A stretch of DNA of 57,604 bases, the filler included, from Sandaracinaceae bacterium (GTDB taxonomy: Bacteria; Myxococcota_A; Polyangia; Polyangiales; JADJQN01), in assembly GCA_947483975.1 (NCBI GenBank). It is 3 parts of 3 records of this genome, joined end to end, with 100 filler letters (N's around TTAATTAATTAA, not from the genome) between each part and the next. Parts side by side here need not be neighbours in the genome. Positions count along the whole stretch, not along the records: positions 38,550 to 57,604 come from CANKOL010000060.1; 2 more parts are not named here. The stretch is one strand, 5' to 3'. The notes below the pieces were generated by a model. That model searched no databases, had not been told where the DNA came from, and saw nothing but the letters and a program-made list of their open reading frames with translations. Below, piece after piece: positions 38,552 through 52,500 of this stretch. Every line of letters starts with the position of its first letter. Positions within the stretch are counted from its first letter, which is position 1. The position numbers were made by a program, and so were the translations under genes.

Positions 38552-39298
38552 CGCGCTTCGGCGCTCGCGGAGGCGCTCGCCCGCGCCCCGGATCGCGCCT
38601 GGGCCGCGGTCGAGCGGGGGTTTCTCGCGGTCGCGTATGCGGAGCGGGCGTTTCATCCGCTCACCTGCGCGGAGTGCGGCGCGCTGCACGAGGTCGACGC
38701 GCCGCTCGCGCGGGAGTTCGCGGTGGAGCGCGAGGCCGAGCGCGCGCGCCACGCCCCTGGCGAAGACGCCGAGGCGGGCTTCCCCGACGCGGAGGCGTTC
38801 GAGCGCTTGGTCGCGCGCGTCGGCGCGGAGGTCTATGCGGCGCTCGAGGTGCGCAACATCGCCCTGCGCGTCGAAGACGGCGTGCCCGAGATCGACAGCG
38901 CTGGCGAGCCGCTGCTCGGCAGCTACGAGCCGCGCGAAGACCTCGACGCGGGCGGGAATGCGCGCACCGAATTCCTGATCACGCTCTATTTCCGGTCCTT
39001 CCAGAAGATGCACGAAGAGGACGGGCCTTACGATCTCGAGGCGGAGGTGCGCGACACGATCGAGCATGAGATCGAGCACCATCTTTATTACCTCGCGGGC
39101 GACGACCCGATGGACGCGAGCGAGCGTGCGGAGGCCCGCAAAGACCTCGAGGGCGTGTACGGGCGCAAGACGCTCGAGCGACGTGAGCGTCGGGAGGTGC
39201 TCGCAGAGCTCGGGCACGGGCTGCGCTTCGTCGTGCCGCTGCTCCTCGGCCTCGCCGCGCTCCTTCTCTTGCTCGACTGGCTCGGCTATCTCGCGTGA
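38552..39298 (+). CDS. Zincin-like metallopeptidase-domain protein with a C-terminal TM helix, 5'-partial
   Basis: Frame open from the contig start (includes CAEC); LLGSY, ITLYFRSF and TIEHEIEHH (HExxH). Confidence 0.75.
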   Translation, partial: RASALAEALARAPDRAWAAVERGFLAVAYAERAFHPLTCAECGALHEVDAPLAREFAVEREAERARHAPGEDAEAGFPDAEAFERLVARVGAEVYAALEVRNIALRVEDGVPEIDSAGEPLLGSYEPREDLDAGGNARTEFLITLYFRSFQKMHEEDGPYDLEAEVRDTIEHEIEHHLYYLAGDDPMDASERAEARKDLEGVYGRKTLERRERREVLAELGHGLRFVVPLLLGLAALLLLLDWLGYLA

Positions 39299-39327
39299 AG
39301 TACCCTCGCGCGCCCCGGGAGATAGCG

Positions 39328-39636
39328 ATGACGACGACCCTGACGAGCAAGCAAAAGCAGTATCTCAAGGGGCTCGCGCACCCGCTCTCGCCCCTCGTGC
39401 AGGTCGGCAAGGAGGGCATCACGGACGCGCTCTCCGAGGCCCTCGATGAAGCCCTGGCGTTTCACGAGCTGGTCAAGGTGCGAGTGCGCGAGACCGCGCC
39501 GCTCGAGCGCAAGGAGTGCGCGCAGGCCCTCGCGGGGCCGCTGCGCGCGTCGGTGGTGCAGCAGATCGGGCGCGTGATCGTGCTCTACCGGCGGCACGCC
39601 GAGAAGCCCAAGATCGTGCTGCCGAAGGGCACCTGA
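39328..39636 (+). CDS. yhbY: YhbY-family (CRM domain) RNA-binding ribosome assembly protein
   Basis: LTSKQKQYLKGLAHPL, VGKEG, HELVKV and QQIGRVIVLYR motifs. Confidence 0.95.
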   Translation: MTTTLTSKQKQYLKGLAHPLSPLVQVGKEGITDALSEALDEALAFHELVKVRVRETAPLERKECAQALAGPLRASVVQQIGRVIVLYRRHAEKPKIVLPKGT

Positions 39637-39687
39637 GCGTCGACGCCTGCCGGCTACTGAGAGCCCGCGCCTGCGGGCGGAGGAGCG

Positions 39688-40242
39688 TCAGGGCTCGGGG
39701 CGCGGCGCGTGGAGTCGGTACACGACCTCGATCGCGCCGCGGTCCTCGACGTGCCGCGTTTCCTCGTGGGCGACCCGCGCGAGGCAGTGCTGCACGGGCA
39801 CGTTGTCGGCGAGCATCGTCGCGCGCCACTTGCGCACACCGTCCTGCCACACGACCTGCGCGAGCTTCTCGGTGAGCAGCTTGCCGACGCCACGCCCCTG
39901 CCACGCGTCGGCGACCGCGATGGCGAACTCGGCGATGGTCGGGTCCTCGTGCTCACGGATGCTGCGCGCGACGGCGGCGCCGTGCTCGACGCCGCTCTCG
40001 TCGTAGAAGCCCGCGACCCAGGCGACGTGCTCTTTGCCGTCGACGTGCGTCAGATAAGTGACCTGCTCCGGCGACAGCTTCGGCATCGAGTCGAGAAAGC
40101 GCCGGTAGCGCGACTCGCGCGAGAGCGCCGCGAAGCCGCGGAGAAACTCGGCTTCGTCCTCGGCGTGGAGCGGTCGGAGGTGCACGAGCGTGCCGTCGCG
40201 GAGCCTCGCGTCGGTGGCGTATGGGCTCGGCGACGGCATCAC
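39688..40242 (-). CDS. GNAT family N-acetyltransferase
   Basis: LRDGTLVHLRP, LSRESRYRRF, AEFAIAVADAWQGRGVG and LADN motifs. Confidence 0.9.
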   Translation of the reverse strand: MMPSPSPYATDARLRDGTLVHLRPLHAEDEAEFLRGFAALSRESRYRRFLDSMPKLSPEQVTYLTHVDGKEHVAWVAGFYDESGVEHGAAVARSIREHEDPTIAEFAIAVADAWQGRGVGKLLTEKLAQVVWQDGVRKWRATMLADNVPVQHCLARVAHEETRHVEDRGAIEVVYRLHAPRPEP

Positions 40243-40246
40243 GGCG

Positions 40247-40909
40247 TCAGCGCTTCGCGGGCGCGGCCGCCGGCGCGACCTCGCTGAAGAGCGCGCCGAG
40301 CTCTGCGCGACGACCGACGTCGCGGAGCAACCCGGAGACGATCTCCTTCGTCGCGGTGTAGCCCTCGTCCCAGCGCGCGCGCGCGTCGGAGAGCGCCTGG
40401 AGCGCGGTCGCCTTGTCCACGGCCTCCGTCTTCGTCGCGTTGTTCGCGTCTTCCAGGGCTTTCGCCCCGTTCAGCGCGCTCTGCCGGAGGGTGCCGCTCG
40501 GGTCGGCGGTCGGCGTCTCCTCGAGCGCCTTCGCGATCCGCTGCATCGTGGCGTGCCGCTCGCCCGCGAGTACGCCGACGGCCGCAGCGCCGACCGGGAA
40601 CGCTGCCGTGAGCGCGGTGCGGTAGGCGTCGAGCGGGATCTGCCCTTCGAGCTGCGCGGTCTCGAGCTTGAGCGAGATGAGCCTGCTGCGACGGGCGGCG
40701 TCTTCGCTCGCGTCGTTCAGCGCTTTGCGCGCCGCGACCTCGTCGAGCTCCTTCTGCTTCGAGAGCTCTGTGGCAGTGCGCAGGACCTCCTCGAGCTCGC
40801 TCAGCTTCGCGATGCGCTCCCCGACGATCGGATGCAGGTCTCGCACGGTCTCTAGGCGTTCACGCGCTTGCGCGCCCAACTGCGGCCTCTGGTCGTCGGT
40901 CGTGGTCAT
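40247..40909 (-). CDS. Hypothetical all-alpha protein
   Basis: SD GGAGG before the ATG at 40909; strong codon bias; helical composition. Confidence 0.75.
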   Translation of the reverse strand: MTTTDDQRPQLGAQARERLETVRDLHPIVGERIAKLSELEEVLRTATELSKQKELDEVAARKALNDASEDAARRSRLISLKLETAQLEGQIPLDAYRTALTAAFPVGAAAVGVLAGERHATMQRIAKALEETPTADPSGTLRQSALNGAKALEDANNATKTEAVDKATALQALSDARARWDEGYTATKEIVSGLLRDVGRRAELGALFSEVAPAAAPAKR

Positions 40910-40966
40910 CGAGTCCTCCGCGTAGGGCGCAGCGTGACCCGAAGCGCGGGGCCCGCGCAACGCGCG

Positions 40967-41938
40967 TCAGGGCGCGACGGCGCGCAGCGACCGCGCGGCG
41001 TCTTCCGGCGCCAGCGTCAGCACGGTCGCCCCCGACGCGAGCTCGAGCCCGGCTTGGGTCGTCGTGCGTGGCGCGAGCTCGACGTACATCCCGGTCCAAG
41101 GCGCGCCTCGGCTCGCGACGGGAGGCTCGTGCACGAGGACGTTGTAGTCGCTGCCCGCCCCCGCGGCGCGCAGCCGTCGGGTCGCGTCGACGAGGGCCGC
41201 GGCGAGCCCGTCGAGCGCTGCCGGCGTCAGCGCGGAGAGCGTCGACACGCGCGCGCGCGGAACGAGCCGCAGCTCGTGCGGATGCTGCGACGCATACGGG
41301 CAGTGGGTCACCATGCCGCCCGCGTCTCGCACGATCCGGCGCCCATCGGCGAGCTCGTCTCGCAGCGTATCGTCGAGCAGCGCGCGCCCCGTCTGCTCGA
41401 GGTGCGCGCGGGCGCGTGCGTCGCGTTGCGCGATGCTGCTCGGGACGCGATCGAGCGCGACGAGCTGCGAGTGCGCGTGCGGCTGCGAGCTCCCCGCGCG
41501 GCGCCCACGGTTGCGAAAGGCCATCACGGTCGCGATGCCTGGCCGCGCCGCGAGCACCTCGAGCCGCGCCGCGAGCACGCCGAGCCACATCGCGGTGTGC
41601 GCGACGGTGAAGTCGGGCAGGTCGAGGTCGTGCGCGCGCGTCTCGACGACGAGCTCGTGCGCGCCGCGCAGCGCAGACGTGCCCGTGAGCGCCGAGGTGG
41701 GCGTCGCCAGCGGATAGCGGTTGTCGACGACGCGCACCGCCCACGGACCCTCTGCGGGAGCCTGCGCGAGGGTCGCCTCGGTCTCCGACTCACGCCCGGG
41801 GCAGAACGGGCAGCGCTCGCGCGGGACGTCGGGAAGGCCAGGCGCGGCGGGCGCCGGTGGCCCGAGTCCGCGGCGATGCGGCGCGACGAGCACGAGCGTA
41901 CCTGTGAGCGGATCTTCTCGGGCTTCGGTGTCGCTCAC
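40967..41938 (-). CDS. galT: Galactose-1-phosphate uridylyltransferase family (HIT superfamily)
   Basis: DPLTG, CPFCPG, VVDNRYP, HELVVET and FRNRGRRAGSSQPHAHSQ motifs. Confidence 0.85.
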   Translation of the reverse strand: MSDTEAREDPLTGTLVLVAPHRRGLGPPAPAAPGLPDVPRERCPFCPGRESETEATLAQAPAEGPWAVRVVDNRYPLATPTSALTGTSALRGAHELVVETRAHDLDLPDFTVAHTAMWLGVLAARLEVLAARPGIATVMAFRNRGRRAGSSQPHAHSQLVALDRVPSSIAQRDARARAHLEQTGRALLDDTLRDELADGRRIVRDAGGMVTHCPYASQHPHELRLVPRARVSTLSALTPAALDGLAAALVDATRRLRAAGAGSDYNVLVHEPPVASRGAPWTGMYVELAPRTTTQAGLELASGATVLTLAPEDAARSLRAVAP

Positions 41939-42018
41939 TGGAACGGGCGCGAGGATACGCGAGAGCGCGACTGACTTGAACCCTCGGCGTGCGCGTCGAG
42001 CGCGCTACGCTCGGCGCG

Positions 42019-42393
42019 ATGCGCGTCCACCACCTCGCGATTCAAGTGCACGACCTCGAGCGCGCGCGCGACTTCTACTCGCGTGTGCTCGGCCTCGCGG
42101 AGCTTGGGCGACCGCGGGACGGAGCGTTTTGGCTCGACTGTGGGGGCACCGTGCTGATGCTCGAGCGCGTCTCCGCGGTGCCGCTCGAGGACGCGTTTCG
42201 TACCGAGCGCACCGGGTTGCACTTGCTCGCGCTGGCCATCGGCGCGGACGAGCGCGAGGCGTGGGAGGTGCGCCTCCGAGCGCACGGCGTCGACGTCGTC
42301 GAGCGCACCGCGTACACGCTCTATGTGCGGGACCCCGAGGGCAATCGAGTCGGACTCTCGACGCTCGATGTGCCCAGCTACTTCGCGCGCTGA
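42019..42393 (+). CDS. VOC (glyoxalase/bleomycin resistance) family protein
   Basis: HHLAIQVHDLERARDFYSRVLGL and YVRDPEGNRV motifs. Confidence 0.9.
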   Translation: MRVHHLAIQVHDLERARDFYSRVLGLAELGRPRDGAFWLDCGGTVLMLERVSAVPLEDAFRTERTGLHLLALAIGADEREAWEVRLRAHGVDVVERTAYTLYVRDPEGNRVGLSTLDVPSYFAR

Positions 42394-42398
42394 GGCCC

Positions 42399-42827
42399 CT
42401 ACGGCTCCGCGTCGGGCGGCGTCATGAAAGTCGCGAACAGCGCTCGATACTTGTCCGGGATCGGGCGCGACTCGAAGGTGTCGAGGTCGACGCACACGAC
42501 GGTGATCTTGCCGCGACAGACGTCGTCCGCCTCGCCCGCGCGGCGCCCGCGATAACTGAAGATGGCGCTCGAGGTGCCGAGTCGCTCGACCCACACGTCC
42601 ATCTCGAGCACGTCGCCGAAGCGCACCGTCCGCTCGAACTCGGCCTCGGCCTTGACGGCGGGCCAGCCGCATTTGTCGACGTCGAGGACGTGCCGATATG
42701 GGTAGCCGTTGGCCTCGAAGAAATCCTCGAAGGCGACGTGAAAGAAGTGAAAGAACCGCGGAAAATAGACGATCCGCGCGTGATCTTCGTCGCTGAAGCG
42801 AACCTTGATGCGCGTCCGAAAGGCCAT
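42399..42827 (-). CDS. Acyl-CoA thioesterase (4HBT/YbgC hot-dog family)
   Basis: VRFSDEDHARIVYFPRFF, FGDVL and RPIP motifs. Confidence 0.92.
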   Translation of the reverse strand: MAFRTRIKVRFSDEDHARIVYFPRFFHFFHVAFEDFFEANGYPYRHVLDVDKCGWPAVKAEAEFERTVRFGDVLEMDVWVERLGTSSAIFSYRGRRAGEADDVCRGKITVVCVDLDTFESRPIPDKYRALFATFMTPPDAEP

Positions 42828-42838
42828 CGACGCGGGGC

Positions 42839-43297
42839 CTACGCCGTCCGCACGAAGGCGACGAGCACGAGGAGCACGAGCACGAGGAGCGCGCCGATTC
42901 CCCCGAAGACCGCGTGCCGCTGCTTGCGCTTGGCGAGGTCTGCCTCGGCACCGCCCGCGGCGCGCGCGCGCACGAGGCGCAGCGCGTTGAACATCTCGAG
43001 GTGCGAGAGCACGGCGAGCAACACCACACACAGCATCTTCGGGTGGAACCAGGTCGGCTGGTGCAGATAGCCGGTGTCGTGCACGAGAAAGAGCGCACCG
43101 CTGAGCATCGACCCGAAGATGGCGGGAAGCTCGATGCGCGTGAGGATGCGCGCCGCGAGCTGCTCGTACGCGTTGCGCACCTCGGCCGCGAGGCCTGTCG
43201 CTGCGGACATGGCCATCAGGCGCTGCTGCGCGAAGCCCGCGCCGACGTACGCCGCGAACGCGACGAGATGGAAGAAGAGCGCGACGTGCTGGAGCAT
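42839..43297 (-). CDS. Four-TM membrane protein (CopD/HemJ/DUF2269-like)
   Basis: FFHLV, SG and WFHPKM motifs with four hydrophobic helices. Confidence 0.65.
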   Translation of the reverse strand: MLQHVALFFHLVAFAAYVGAGFAQQRLMAMSAATGLAAEVRNAYEQLAARILTRIELPAIFGSMLSGALFLVHDTGYLHQPTWFHPKMLCVVLLAVLSHLEMFNALRLVRARAAGGAEADLAKRKQRHAVFGGIGALLVLVLLVLVAFVRTA

Positions 43298-43358
43298 GGC
43301 CGCTGGAGGTAGCACGGGAGCGCGAGGGGCGTCAGCGAAGGGACAGAGGGCGCGGCCT

Positions 43359-44801
43359 CTACACCACCGGCAACTCCGTGCTCCCCATCAGCTGCAGGTC
43401 GATCTCTCTCGCCGCCGCGCGTCCCTCCGCGATGGCCCACACGATGAGCGAGGCGCCGCGCTTGGCGTCGCCCGCCACGAACACGCCGGGCACGTTGGTC
43501 GCGAAGCGCTCGTCGCCGCGCACGTTGCCGCGGAGATCCAGCTCCACGCCGAGCGCCGCGAGGAGGGGAGACTTCTCTGGTCCGACGAAGCCCATCGCGA
43601 GCAAGAGCAGCTCGCAGTCCTCGACGAACTCCGTGCCAGGCACCGGGCGCGGGGCCATGCGCCCGCGCGCGTCTCGCGCCCACGACACCTGCGCTCCATG
43701 CAGCCGCGCGAGACTGCCATTCTCGCCCGACAAGTGCGTCGTCAGCACGGAGTAGATGCGCTCGCCGCCCTCTTCGTGCGCCGCGGATACGCGATAGAGA
43801 TTCGGCCACTGCGGCCACGGGTCCGCGTCGCCCCGCGCCTCGGGAGGCCGGTCGAGCAGCTCGAGCTGCAGCACCTCCCGCGCGCCTTGTCGGAGGGCGG
43901 TCCCCAGGCAGTCCGCGCCCGTATCGCCACCTCCGAGGATGATCACGCGCTTGCCGCGCGCGTCGAGGCGCTGCGCTTCGGGGATCGACTCCCCGGCGAG
44001 GACGCGATTCTGCTGCTCGAGATACGGCATCGCGAGGTGCACGCCGCGCAGCTCGCGGCCGGGGACCTCCAAGTCCCGCGCGCGCGAAGCGCCCGTCGCG
44101 AGGAGTACAGCGTCCGACTGCGAGCGGATCACGTCGACGCCGATGCCGCGCCCGATCTCCGCGTTGGTGCGGAAGACGACGCCCTCTGCCTCGAGCTGGG
44201 CGAGGCGCCGGTCGAGCTGCGAGCGCTCGAGCTTGAAGTCCGGAATCCCATAGCGCAGCAGCCCGCCGACGCGATCGGCGCGCTCGAAGACGGTCACCGC
44301 ATGACCGACCCGCGCGAGCTGTTGCGCGGCGGCGAGGCCCGCCGGGCCACTGCCGATGATCGCGACGCGCTTGCCGGTCTTCTCGGCGGCAGGCTCAGGC
44401 AATATCCAGCCTTCACGCCACGCGTGATCGATGATCGACTGCTCGACTTGCTTGATCGTCACCGGAGTGTCGTTGATGCCGAGCACACACGCGCTCTCGC
44501 ACGGCGCAGGGCACAGGCGCCCAGTGAATTCGGGGAAATTGTTCGTCGCGTGCAGCCGCTCGAGGGCGTCTCTCCAGCGGTCGCGATAGACGAGGTCGTT
44601 CCAGTCGGGGATCAGATTGCCGAGCGGGCAGCCCTGGTGACAGAAGGGGATTCCGCAGTCCATGCAGCGCGACGCCTGCGTGCGCAGCTTGTCGCGCGGC
44701 ATCTCCTCGTAGACCTCGAGGTAATCGTGCCTGCGCTCCTCGACGGGGCGGCGGCGCGGCAGTTCGCGGACGTGTTCGAGAAATCCAGTCGGCTTGCCCA
44801 T
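43359..44801 (-). CDS. gltD: Glutamate synthase small subunit
   Basis: MGKPTGF, RCMDCGIPFC, GRLCPAPCE, GSGPAG, GGGDTGADC and GASLIVWAI motifs. Confidence 0.98.
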   Translation of the reverse strand: MGKPTGFLEHVRELPRRRPVEERRHDYLEVYEEMPRDKLRTQASRCMDCGIPFCHQGCPLGNLIPDWNDLVYRDRWRDALERLHATNNFPEFTGRLCPAPCESACVLGINDTPVTIKQVEQSIIDHAWREGWILPEPAAEKTGKRVAIIGSGPAGLAAAQQLARVGHAVTVFERADRVGGLLRYGIPDFKLERSQLDRRLAQLEAEGVVFRTNAEIGRGIGVDVIRSQSDAVLLATGASRARDLEVPGRELRGVHLAMPYLEQQNRVLAGESIPEAQRLDARGKRVIILGGGDTGADCLGTALRQGAREVLQLELLDRPPEARGDADPWPQWPNLYRVSAAHEEGGERIYSVLTTHLSGENGSLARLHGAQVSWARDARGRMAPRPVPGTEFVEDCELLLLAMGFVGPEKSPLLAALGVELDLRGNVRGDERFATNVPGVFVAGDAKRGASLIVWAIAEGRAAAREIDLQLMGSTELPVV

Positions 44802-44816
44802 GGCTCGTCTCGGACC

Positions 44817-49403
<4,587 letters not shown>

Positions 49404-49423
49404 CGGGCGCGTCGACTATAGCA

Positions 49424-49508
49424 AGGGATGCACCGCGTTCGACGCGGTGCGTCAGCTTTCTGGAGGTAGGCTACCTCACCGTGCGGGGCGTTCCCCCGAC
49501 GGTGAGGC
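49424..49508. other. Two adjacent hairpins between the giant adhesin gene and gltB (terminator or regulatory site)
   Basis: GATGCACCGCGT-TCG-ACGCGGTGCGTC and CCTCACCGT...ACGGTGAGG; no clear U tail. Confidence 0.45.
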
Positions 49509-49517
49509 GCGCGCGGC

Positions 49518-52500
49518 TCAGAGGTTGATGACGGTGGTCGGGACCAGCTTGTCGATGGTCGTGCCGTCGCCGACCGAGCCCGGGTAGTTGTAGCCGTTGC
49601 AGGCGACGGTGCCGGTGCTGCGGCGCAGGCAGGAGAAGAAGGTGCCGAGCGAGAGCTCTGCCGCGTTGGCCGGGCCCGAGATCAGCGTCGGCAGCGAGTG
49701 CTGGACCAGCGTCCCGTCACCGAGCTGTCCGTAGTTGTTGTCGCCCCAACACCGCACGGCGCCGGCGGTGCTGCGCGCGCAAGTGCTGGCGTAGCCGGTC
49801 GAGAGCTCGGCGGGGGTGAAGCCAGCGATGGCGGTGATCACCGTCGGGACCTGGCGCTGCGTGACCGTGCCGTCGCCGAGCTGACCGCTCGTGTTGAGGC
49901 CCCAGCAGTAGAGCGCGTTCGCCGTGTTGCGCGCGCAGGTGTGTCGATAGCCGACCGTGATCTCTGCGGCGGCGGCGAGCCCGACGACCGTGGTCGGCAC
50001 GAGCTTCTGGACGAGGGTGTTGTCGCCGAGCTGACCGTTGCCGTTCAAGCCCCAGCAGACGACCGTTCCGCCGGTACGGCGCGCGCAGGTGTGCGTGTCG
50101 CCGGCTGAGATCTCGACGGCGTCCGTGAGGCCGGAGACCGCGGTCGGGATGAGCTTCTGCACGATCGTGTTGTCGCCGAGCTGACCGTTCGCGTTCGCGC
50201 CCCAGCAGACGACCGTTCCGCCGGTGCGTCGGGCGCAGGTGTGGTTGTTGCCCGCGGCGATCTCGACGGCGTCGGTCAGCCCCGACACCGTCGTCGGCGC
50301 GAGGCGGTTGGTGCCGACGGTACTGTCCCCGATCTGACCGCTAGCGTTCGAGCCCCAGCAGACGACCGTTCCACCCGCCCGGCGCGCGCAGGTGTGCTGG
50401 CCACCGGCAGAGAGCTCGACGGCGTCCGTGAGACCGGGGACGACCACCGGGGAGAGGCGGTCGATGCCGGACGTTCCGTCGCCGATCTGACCGCTCCCGT
50501 TCGTGCCCCAGCAGACGACGGGGGCGGAGCCGGCGGCGCGCCGCGCGCACGCGTGGAACGAGCCCACCGCGATCTCGACAGCGGTCGTGCAGGTGGACGC
50601 GCCGTCGCAGGTGCCGCCCGCGCACGCGGTTCCGGCGGCGGTGTACAGGTCGGCAGGGCAGGTCGTCGCGGTGCCGTCGCAGTGATCGGGGGCGTCGCAG
50701 GTTCCGGTCGAGGCGCGGCAGGTGATGAGGGAGGGCTGGACGCTGTCGGCCGGGCAATCAGCGGCGCCTCCGCTGCACACCTCGGCACGGTCGCACACGC
50801 CAGCCGACGCGCGGCAGGTCGTCGCGGGCGGGACGCCGATGTTGACGCGGTAGGCGCCACACGTGGTGCCCCAGCCGTCGACGACGACGTAGTAGGTACC
50901 CGCGTTCAGCGTCGCGCTGATCCTCGACTGCGGAGCGATGGCGTCGTCGTTGCAGCCGAGCTCGGTGAAGCTCGAGTCCTTCAGCAGGAGCGTGGTGTCG
51001 AATGCGCTGCCGACGGTGTCGATCACGACGGAGGTCGTGGACGTGAGGATGAACGAGAAGACCGCATCCGGGGCAGTGCCCATTGCGTAGCAGCTACCGA
51101 CGTAGTCGTTCGCCATGCCGCAGGTGGTGCCCGAGAACGACTTGATGACCGAGGTGACGTCGCCCGCCACGTACGCCGTGCCGTAGGTTTCGTTGGCGGA
51201 GACGGCGACGGCAGTCAGCGGCGGGATGACGCCGTTGGGCACGAACGCGTCGGTCGGACACGCCGCGCTCGCCCCGGTGCACAGCTCCGCGACGTCGCAG
51301 ATGGCCGCCGCAGCGCGGCACGAGGTGCCGCTACCGGCGAAGGTGTCAGTCGGGCACGCGGCGGAGCTGCCGCTGCACACTTCGGCGAAGTCGCACACGC
51401 CAGCGCTCGGCCGACACATCACCGGAGGGCCCTGGAACGAGTCGTCCGGGCACTGAGCGCCGCCCGCGCAGAGCTCCGGGCTGTCGCACACGCCGGCGAT
51501 GGCGCGGCAGGAGGTGCCGACCGGCGAGTAGACGTCGGTGGGGCACAGCCCAGACGAGCCGGTGCAGGTCTCGGCCGGATCACAGAGGCCCACCGACGAG
51601 TTGCAGACCACGCCACTCGCGACGAAGTGGTCGACGGCAGGGCAGGTCGCAGTGCTGCCCGTGCACGTCTCCGCGATGTCGCATGGGCCAGCGGAGGGGT
51701 TGCAGATCGTCGTGCCGCCGAGGAACGCGTCCGTCGGGCACACCGCCGTGCTGCCGGAGCAAGTCTCTGGGACGTCGCAGTTGCCCGCTCGCGCGCGGCA
51801 CTCGGTTCCTGCGCCGAGGAACGAGTTGGTCGGGCACGTCGTGCTCGCTCCGGTGCACGTCTCGGCGACGTCGCAGCCGCCCGCAGCGGCGATGCGACAG
51901 ACGGTGCCGGCGGTGGCGAGCGCGTCCGCAGGGCACGCCGTCGACGAGCCATCGCAGACCTCGTGGACGTCGCAGCCGCCTACCGCTGCCGCGCGACATT
52001 CGGTGCCCGCGGTGACGACCGCGTCGGCGGGGCACGCCGCCGCGGAGCCGGTGCAGCGATCCACCGTGTCGCAGGCGCCGCCCGAGGCGCGGCACACCGT
52101 CGAGTTCGGCAGGAAGGTGTCGCCTGGACACGCGGCCGTCGTCCCGGTGCACGTCTCGGCCGAGTCGCACACACCCGCGGCGGCGCGACACACCGTGCTG
52201 GCCGCCTTGTATGCGCCGGTCGCGACGCAGACCGGTGAGCCGGTCGAGCAGCTGATCGCGCCGACGGCGCAGGTCCCGGTGGCAGGCGTGCACGCGACGC
52301 CCGGCGTGCAGCTTGCGCTGCACATCCCGGCGCCCGTGCACGAGCCGCCGGCGCACGCGGTACCGATCGGCGTGAACGCGTCCGTCGGGCACGCGGCTGT
52401 GCCGGCGCACGTCTCGGCGACGTCGCAGCCACCCGCCGCGGCCGCGCGGCACGTCGTCGCGGCGGTCGCGAAGCTGTCCGCCGGGCAGCTGACGCTCGCG

